NCBI GenBank assembly: GCA_963843145.1
Contig: CAWJJC010000006.1
Coordinates: 1 to 64,000, forward strand
DNA length: 64,000 bases
From: an uncultured delta proteobacterium
Lineage (GTDB): Bacteria; Desulfobacterota; RBG-13-43-22
Reading direction: 5' to 3'
Below are positions 57,721-64,000 of this stretch, piece after piece (position 1 is the first letter of the stretch; each line of letters starts with the position of its first letter). A program made the translations under genes and the position numbers. The notes below the pieces were generated by a model. That model did not search any database. It was not told the origin of the DNA and worked only from the letters and a program-made list of their open reading frames with translations.

Positions 57721-60321
57721 ATGATTGACCTGATGGGTTTTTTAAAAAAACGGAAAGAGGGGAAGCTCCAAAAGGCGGAAAGGGAAATCGAGGTCGTCCG
57801 CCAGGCTTTCACCCAGCGGTACCTGAATTTCAAATCTCTGCTGAGCACCAACGATAAGGTCCTGGAAATAATCAACGAGCTGGAACAGGCCCTCCAGAGT
57901 CACCGCGGTTTCGGCATGTCCTTTGTCCGGGCGAATTGCACCGCCCTATCGGTCAACCTTTTTAAGATCATTCAGAACCTGAACGCGATCACCGCTAACC
58001 GCTATCCGGAGTTGTTTGAGGTCTTCCAGGGGGTCTGGGAAGAAATCGATCGGGAGCTGAAACATATAAAGCCCGTGGCCGAAGGGGAACTGGTCCTGCC
58101 CCTGGAAACGATCAACCGGGACTGGATAGGGCAGGTGGGCGGTAAGATGGCCAACCTGGGGGAAATTAGGAATCGCCTGGGTTTCCCTGTGCCGGAGGGT
58201 TTTGCCGTTACCACCGCGGCCTACCAGTATTTTATCAACGCCAATCAGCTTCAGGAAGAGATCAACCGTCGTTTCCAGTTGCTGGAGGGGAATGATCTGG
58301 CCCGGCTCCATGAGACCAGCGCCGAAATCCAGAAGCTGATTACCGGCGCCCCGCTGCCTCCCGACCTGGAAGCAGGCATCCTGGAGGCTTACCGGCAGTT
58401 AGCGGAGAAGGCGGGCCGGCCCATTAACGTCTCCATGCGGAGCAGCGCTCTGGGCGAGGACGCCCAGGAGGCCTCCTTTGCCGGGCAGTACCGTTCCCTA
58501 TTGAATGTCAGTGCGGAATTCCTGCTCCTTTCCTATAAAGAGGTGGTGGCCAGCAAATATTCGGTCCCGGCCATGACCTACCGCCTGAACAAAGGCTACC
58601 ATGATGAAGACATCCTCATGTCCGTGGGCTGTATGGTCATGGTCCCCGCCTCGACGTCGGGGGTCATGTATTCGGCCGATCCGGGGGATGTCCTTCAGGA
58701 ACAGGTGGTCATCAATGCCGTCTGGGGGTTGGGCAAATCGGTGGTGGACGGGAGCAGCACCCCGGATCTTTATCTCCTCAGTAAGCAGGACCCCCCCCGA
58801 ATCCTAAAAAAAGAAATCCATCCCAAGACCCAGCAATTCGTTTGTCAACCCGAGGAAGGCATCGAACTGCTGCCCGTAGCCGAGGCGGATCGGGAGATCC
58901 AGGCCATTAGCGATGAACAGGCCGTCGCCTTGGCCGAACTGGCCTTAAAGCTGGAAAGTCACTTTGGCGGCCCCCAGGATATCGAATGGGTTTTTGAACG
59001 GGACGGCTCGGTTAAAATCATGCAAAGCCGGCCTCTGATGATCCTGGACCAGACAGCCAGGGCGGGCCATGAACTCCCCCCGGAAGGGATTGATCTGCCC
59101 GTTTTGCTCAACGGCGGGGTTTCGGCCAGTCCGGGGGTGGCCTGCGGCCCGGCCTTTCTGGTGGATTCTACGGTAGATATGCTTCAATTTCCGGAGGGGG
59201 CCGTTTTGGTCACCCGCAACCCTTTACCTCAATGGGCGGCCCTGTTGGGCCGGGCGGCGGCCGTGCTGACGGATCAGGGGGCGGTCACCGGACACCTGGC
59301 CGCTGTGGCCCGCGAATTCCAGGTCCCGGCCCTGATGGGCGCCCTCGAGGCCACCCGGACTATACGCGGCGGGGAGCTGATCACAGTGGACGCCGATGGG
59401 CTGCGCGTCTACGCCGGGCGGGCCGAGGTCCTGATCCGGCGGGCGGCTGAAAAGGTCAGTCCGATGAAAGGCAGTCCGGTGGAACTGACCTTACGCCGGC
59501 TGCTCAGAACTATTGCTCCCTTGACGCTTACCGATCCGGAGGCGGCCAACTTCAGCACCCGGGGATGTGAGACCCTGCACGATATCATCCGTTTTTCTCA
59601 TGAAATGGCCCTTCGGGAGCTTTTTGACGACCAGGGAGAGGTTTCCTTTTCGGAAAAGGTGGCTAAGAAATTAAGCGATGATCTGCCCATGCAGTGGTGG
59701 GTCATCGACCTGGGCGGCGGATTAAAGGAGGGGGTTCAGGGCGAGACGATTCGTTTAAAAGATGTGAAGTGCCTCCCGCTGCTGGCACTCTGGGAGGGCC
59801 TGCAGGCCATTCCCTGGAAAGGTCCGCCGGCCTTAGATACCAAAGGGTTTATGTCCATCCTGGCGGAATCGGCCATGGATAGTTCCCTGGAGGCTGGACT
59901 GGGGACGGGATACGGGGCCAAGAACTATGTCTTGGTGTCTAGGGAATTCTGCCATTTGAGCACCCGACTGGGTTTTCATTTTTCCACGGTGGAGGCCTTC
60001 TTTGGCGAAAAGACGGCCGAGAGCTATGTCTGGTTTTATTTTAAGGGGGGAGGTGCCGACCATTACCGGAAGGAACAGCGAGGACTCCTGATCCAATCCC
60101 TCCTGGAACCGTTTGGTTTCTGGGTCAAGGTCAAGGGGGATATCCTCTCCGCCCGTCTGGAACGGCAGGACCCTGTTCGCCTGAGCCAGGGGTTGAAGGT
60201 CTTGGGGTTCCTGATTCTGCATACCCGGCAACTGGATATGGTCTTGGGCGATCCCGGTAAGGTTCAGGGATACCGGGAACAAATGATCCAGCAGATCAGT
60301 ACTTTTGTGGATGTCAATTGA
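57721..60321 (+). CDS. PEP-synthase-like protein (N-terminal helical extension, ATP-grasp, His swivel, non-TIM C-terminal domain), copy 1
   Basis: VGGKMANLGE, RSSALGED, SFAGQY, WGLGKSVVDG, QDIEW, QSRP; DQGAVTGHLAAVAREF; C-terminal CETLHDIIRFSHE and FKGGGAD. ATG at 57721 follows GAGG. Confidence 0.85.
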   Translation: MIDLMGFLKKRKEGKLQKAEREIEVVRQAFTQRYLNFKSLLSTNDKVLEIINELEQALQSHRGFGMSFVRANCTALSVNLFKIIQNLNAITANRYPELFEVFQGVWEEIDRELKHIKPVAEGELVLPLETINRDWIGQVGGKMANLGEIRNRLGFPVPEGFAVTTAAYQYFINANQLQEEINRRFQLLEGNDLARLHETSAEIQKLITGAPLPPDLEAGILEAYRQLAEKAGRPINVSMRSSALGEDAQEASFAGQYRSLLNVSAEFLLLSYKEVVASKYSVPAMTYRLNKGYHDEDILMSVGCMVMVPASTSGVMYSADPGDVLQEQVVINAVWGLGKSVVDGSSTPDLYLLSKQDPPRILKKEIHPKTQQFVCQPEEGIELLPVAEADREIQAISDEQAVALAELALKLESHFGGPQDIEWVFERDGSVKIMQSRPLMILDQTARAGHELPPEGIDLPVLLNGGVSASPGVACGPAFLVDSTVDMLQFPEGAVLVTRNPLPQWAALLGRAAAVLTDQGAVTGHLAAVAREFQVPALMGALEATRTIRGGELITVDADGLRVYAGRAEVLIRRAAEKVSPMKGSPVELTLRRLLRTIAPLTLTDPEAANFSTRGCETLHDIIRFSHEMALRELFDDQGEVSFSEKVAKKLSDDLPMQWWVIDLGGGLKEGVQGETIRLKDVKCLPLLALWEGLQAIPWKGPPALDTKGFMSILAESAMDSSLEAGLGTGYGAKNYVLVSREFCHLSTRLGFHFSTVEAFFGEKTAESYVWFYFKGGGADHYRKEQRGLLIQSLLEPFGFWVKVKGDILSARLERQDPVRLSQGLKVLGFLILHTRQLDMVLGDPGKVQGYREQMIQQISTFVDVN

Positions 60322-60375
60322 AATTATTTGTAATGGGGTTATCCCGCGTCTGGGGATAATCAAGCGAGGTGATCG

Positions 60376-60765
60376 ATGGAAGATATTCGGGTGCTTTTGG
60401 TGGATGATGAAGATGATTTTAGAACGACCCTGGCCAAGCGCCTGCGCAAGCGCCAACTGGAGGTGGCCGAGGCCGAAAGCGGAAGGTCGGCCATCAACCT
60501 CCTCAGACAGGGAACTTTTGATGTGGTGGTTCTGGATGTCCGGATGCCGGGGATGGACGGGATCGAGACTTTGCAGCAGCTCAAAACAATCAATCCCCTG
60601 GTGGAGGTGATCATGCTCACCGGCCACGCCTCAGTGGAATCCGGCATAGAAGGGATGCGCCTGGGGGCTTTCGATTACCTGATGAAACCCTGCGATATAA
60701 ACGACCTGATCAACAAAATCAGGGATGCCTACCAGCGGTTGCTGCTGCAGAAGGAATCGACGTAA
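60376..60765 (+). CDS. Single-domain response regulator (receiver only)
   Basis: LLVDDE, VLDVRMPGMDG, MLTGH, YLMKP. Confidence 0.93.
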   Translation: MEDIRVLLVDDEDDFRTTLAKRLRKRQLEVAEAESGRSAINLLRQGTFDVVVLDVRMPGMDGIETLQQLKTINPLVEVIMLTGHASVESGIEGMRLGAFDYLMKPCDINDLINKIRDAYQRLLLQKEST

Positions 60766-60806
60766 GATCTGAGCCGTTCCTCTTTCGACAGGCGTCTTTT
60801 TAAAAC

Positions 60807-63401
60807 ATGCTTAAAAAAATTAATTGGTCCCGCCTTTGGACAGCAAGGGGGAAAGCCCCTTCCCGGGAATACCTGTCCACGTTTTTTCGATTCAAATATT
60901 CCTCCTTCCGGATGTTGCTGGAGTCGAACACCGAATTTCTGAAAATCCTGGCCGATCTAGAGGTCAAACTCCAGGGGGAGCAGATTTTCGGCATGTCTTT
61001 TGTCCAGAGCCAGTCGACCCGGGCGATTTTTCACACCCTGCGGATGGTCAAAAACCTGGATGACCTCTCCCGGCATCACTATCCCGTCTTGTTTGGAGTG
61101 GTGGATAAAATCAATGCCCAGATCAAAGCCGTGGTGGGGGCCCGGAAGGAACTCCCGGAGGGCCAATTTATCCTGCCCTACTCAGAGATCAACGCCGAAA
61201 TGGTGGACTGGGTGGGCGGCAAGAATGCTCATTTGGGGGAGATGGTCAGCCGGTTGGGCCTTCCGGTTCCCGAGGGTTTCGCGATCAGTACCCAGGCCTT
61301 TCAGGCTTTTTTCCAGCAAAATGATCTCTTTGATGAAATCAATCGAAAAAAGATGGAAATTGACCCTGTCCAATCGGAAACGATTACCCGGGCCAGCGAG
61401 GAAATCCAGGGATTGATCCTCAAGACTCCGCTCCCCCCGGCGTTGGAAGACGCCCTTTATCAGGCCTACGACGGCCTGACCCTGAAATTAGCCGGCACCC
61501 GTCCTGAGGGGGATCCGGTGCGGGTAGCCTTGCGGAGCAGCGCTATTGGCGAAGACAGCGAACTTTCCTTCGCCGGCCAATACCTTTCTATCCTGAATGT
61601 AAACCGGGAGCAACTGATCCAGAGCTATACGATGGTCGTCGCCAGCCTGTACACCCCACGGGCCATCTCCTACCGCTTGAATAAGGGGATCCGTGATGAG
61701 GATATTGCCATGAGCGTGGCCTGCCTGGAACTGATCGACTCGGTGGCCAGCGGGGTCATGTATTCGCGCCACCCCTTTAAGCCCTGGGATAAGGATATAT
61801 TGATCAACGCGGTCTGGGGATTGGGACCTTATGCGGTGGACGGTGTAGTCACTCCGGACACCTATCGGGTTTCTCAAAACGACTGCTTCCATATTCTGGC
61901 TTCGGCCGTATCCTCCAAGACCGTACAACTGATCCGGAATCCCGAGGGAGGCTTAATGGAGGTACCGGTGGAAGAGGAACGGATTCACTGCCCTTGCCTC
62001 TCTCCCGATCAGATTAGTACCTTAGCCGGGTACGCGCAAAGCCTGGAAGGGCATTATCACCTGCCTCAGGACATCGAGTGGGCCTTGGACTCGGCGGGTC
62101 GCCTGCTGCTTTTGCAGTCTCGGCCCCTGCTGGTAAAGCCCTCTTCGGCGGCGGGACCTCGAGACTTTTCCGGCAGGTCGGACCTGGCGGTACTCCTCGA
62201 AGAAGGCGTGGTGGCCTCGCCCGGGGTCGGGTCCGGGCCGGCTTTTTTGATCCACTCCGAGGAAGATCTCCTCGACTTTCCAGAAGGGGCCGTTCTGGTG
62301 GCCAAACACTCCTCCCCAAAATTTGTCCTGGTCATGAAAAAGGCCGCCGCCCTCATTACCGAACGGGGAAGCCTTAGCGGCCATATGGCTTCGCTGGCCC
62401 GGGAATTTGAGGTTCCCGCCATTTTGGGCGCCCGGGAAGCCATGAAGGTGATCACCCCCGGTCTGGAAATTACCGTGGATGCCTTCGAGGGCCGGGTCTA
62501 CCGGGGCCGAGTCCCGGAATTGGTGTCCCTCGTCAAGAGGGAGGATTCCCGGGTCAAAGATTCGCCGGTCTACCGGGTCTTGAGGCAGGTAGCCGACTGG
62601 ATCGTTCCTCTGAATCTGGTCGATCCCAAGGCGCCGAATTTCTCCCCGGAAGGCTGCCGGACCCTGCATGATGTCTGCCGGCTGGTGCATGAGTTTTCCT
62701 ACCGGGAGATGTTTCTGCTCGGTGACCTGGTCTCCGACAGTCCGGGGGTGTCCTTCAAGTTGGAGGCTTCCATTCCCTTGGATCTTTATGTGATCAACCT
62801 GGAAGGAGGTTTTGCGGAGCTTCCGGAGAATGCGCGCAAAGTCACCGTAGATCAGATCGTCTCCGTGCCTTTTCGGGCACTGCTCCGGGGCATGACCCGG
62901 GAAGAATTTAAAAGGCCTCAGGTGCGGCCCGTGGAATTCAAGGGGTTTTTTTCGGTGATGAGCGAACAGATGCTGACCAATCCCCAGGCCTCCGACCGTT
63001 TCGGGGATCGAAGCTTCGCCATCATCTCGGATAAATACCTGAATTTCAGTTCCCGGGTCGGATACCACTACAGCGTCCTGGATGCCTACTGCGGCCAGAC
63101 CGTCAACAAGAATTATATCACCTTCTCTTTTAAAGGCGGGGCGGCGGACGACATCCGGAAGAACCGGCGGGTCAGGGCCATTGCTCAGATTCTTAAGGAA
63201 TTGGAATTCACGGTGGAAGTTCAAGGGGATCGGGTGGACGCCCGTTTTCAAAAATATGAAGGCGGCGTCATTGAGGAAAAACTGGACCTAGTGGGACGGC
63301 TGCTGATCTTCACCCGCCAGATGGATATGCTGATGAACAGCGAAAGCAGCGTGGAGGGGGTGGCCAAAAATTTTCTGGCGGGGAATTACCGGTATGATTA
63401 A
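60807..63401 (+). CDS. PEP-synthase-like protein, copy 2
   Basis: VGGKNAHLGE, RSSAIGED, SFAGQY, WGLGPYAVDG, QDIEW, QSRP; ERGSLSGHMASLAREF; C-terminal CRTLHDVCRLVHE and FKGGAAD. Confidence 0.85.
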   Translation: MLKKINWSRLWTARGKAPSREYLSTFFRFKYSSFRMLLESNTEFLKILADLEVKLQGEQIFGMSFVQSQSTRAIFHTLRMVKNLDDLSRHHYPVLFGVVDKINAQIKAVVGARKELPEGQFILPYSEINAEMVDWVGGKNAHLGEMVSRLGLPVPEGFAISTQAFQAFFQQNDLFDEINRKKMEIDPVQSETITRASEEIQGLILKTPLPPALEDALYQAYDGLTLKLAGTRPEGDPVRVALRSSAIGEDSELSFAGQYLSILNVNREQLIQSYTMVVASLYTPRAISYRLNKGIRDEDIAMSVACLELIDSVASGVMYSRHPFKPWDKDILINAVWGLGPYAVDGVVTPDTYRVSQNDCFHILASAVSSKTVQLIRNPEGGLMEVPVEEERIHCPCLSPDQISTLAGYAQSLEGHYHLPQDIEWALDSAGRLLLLQSRPLLVKPSSAAGPRDFSGRSDLAVLLEEGVVASPGVGSGPAFLIHSEEDLLDFPEGAVLVAKHSSPKFVLVMKKAAALITERGSLSGHMASLAREFEVPAILGAREAMKVITPGLEITVDAFEGRVYRGRVPELVSLVKREDSRVKDSPVYRVLRQVADWIVPLNLVDPKAPNFSPEGCRTLHDVCRLVHEFSYREMFLLGDLVSDSPGVSFKLEASIPLDLYVINLEGGFAELPENARKVTVDQIVSVPFRALLRGMTREEFKRPQVRPVEFKGFFSVMSEQMLTNPQASDRFGDRSFAIISDKYLNFSSRVGYHYSVLDAYCGQTVNKNYITFSFKGGAADDIRKNRRVRAIAQILKELEFTVEVQGDRVDARFQKYEGGVIEEKLDLVGRLLIFTRQMDMLMNSESSVEGVAKNFLAGNYRYD

Positions 63402-63438
63402 ATTCTTCCATCCATTGTTCTGAGAATTTAAACTTAGG

Positions 63439-63870
63439 TTAAGAGGGGCTGCGGTCCACCAGGCGCCGGATCTCGGCCTGGCGGATCCGGTCATCCCGCC
63501 CGGCTTTGATATCGTAAGCCCCGTTGATCTTTTCCACCAAGACCTCGATTTCACAGGGCTTCATCAGATAATCGTAGGCCCCCAGGCGCATGCCGTCCAC
63601 TGCCGAGTCTACCGAAGCGTGGCCGGTCAACAGCAGGACCTCGATCTGGGAATTTATTTTTTTTATTTCCCCCAAGGTCTGAATGCCGTCCATCCCCGGC
63701 ATTCGCACATCCAGGAGTACCACATCATAGTCTTTCCCCCTGATTTCCTGCAGGGCTTCCATCCCGGTCCCCACCGTGGCCCCGACCTCAAACCCCCTTT
63801 CAGCCAGGCGCTTGCTCAAGGTAAGGCGGAAACGTTCCTCGTCGTCAACTATTAGAATCCGGGGCGGCAT
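63439..63870 (-). CDS. Single-domain response regulator with a short C-terminal helix
   Basis: LIVDDE, LLDVRMPGMDG, LLTGH, YLMKP. ATG at 63870 follows GAAAGGAG. Confidence 0.92.
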   Translation of the reverse strand: MPPRILIVDDEERFRLTLSKRLAERGFEVGATVGTGMEALQEIRGKDYDVVLLDVRMPGMDGIQTLGEIKKINSQIEVLLLTGHASVDSAVDGMRLGAYDYLMKPCEIEVLVEKINGAYDIKAGRDDRIRQAEIRRLVDRSPS

Positions 63871-64000
63871 GTATGGCAACTCCTTTCTCCCCTAAGGGAA
63901 GCTGTATCGTGAAGGTGCTTCCCTGACCCAACCGGCTGCTGACCGAAACGCTTCCCCCCAGCTTTTCCAGGATGGTATGAGAAAGGGACAGCCCCAATCC
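63845..64000 (-). CDS. Histidine kinase C-terminus (HATPase_c), cut by the window edge
   Basis: Hand translation GLGLSLSHTILEKLGGSVSVSSRLGQGSTFTIQLP...stop at 63845. Confidence 0.8.
   Translation of the reverse strand, partial: GLGLSLSHTILEKLGGSVSVSSRLGQGSTFTIQLPLGEKGVAIHAAPDSNS

Noticed and set aside
62022-63251. 409-aa minus-strand ORF (and similar long antisense ORFs such as 2631-3500, 9834-10667, 11895-12650, 59833-60627)
   Set aside because: They lie opposite well-supported genes in GC-rich DNA and have no recognisable motifs.
1-64000. tRNA, rRNA, integrase, intact transposase or prophage genes
   Set aside because: None recognised by eye; a tRNAscan-SE/Infernal run would be needed to exclude small RNAs.

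Overview
Bacterial DNA that looks like an anaerobe of the Desulfobacterota/deltaproteobacterial type (inferred from gene content: sigma54 systems, ETF plus membrane FeS oxidoreductase, Mop-type aldehyde oxidoreductase, a selenoprotein). The left 37 kb holds two convergent catabolic operons, each with its own sigma54 promoter and NtrC-type activator. Each encodes a split phenylphosphate-synthase-like pair (PpsA-like His-swivel subunit plus PpsB-like ATP-grasp subunit), yet no UbiD-type carboxylase is visible in the window. Operon 1 (+, 1373-14111) combines the pair with an SDR, a phytoene-desaturase-family flavoprotein, a Mo aldehyde oxidoreductase and ETF/EMO. Operon 2 (-, 34407-14225) combines it with an amidohydrolase-fold (de)carboxylase, a HAD hydrolase, an OYE with a 4Fe-4S motif, a DhbE-like ligase, a BadH-like SDR, an acyl-CoA dehydrogenase, a gamma-carbonic-anhydrase-like protein and two LIV-type ABC transporters. 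The 38-49 kb region contains several decayed genes, a probable IS200-type end, a sensor kinase and an MCP/binding-protein pair. At 54.6-56.0 kb is an NADH oxidase/CoA-disulfide reductase with an in-frame UGA at the catalytic Cys position and a SECIS-like hairpin, which the ORF track misses. The right end has two full-length PEP-synthase-like proteins interleaved with stand-alone receiver proteins and a histidine kinase. Several single-base frameshifts may be assembly errors. All assignments come from motif recognition by eye; no searches were run.
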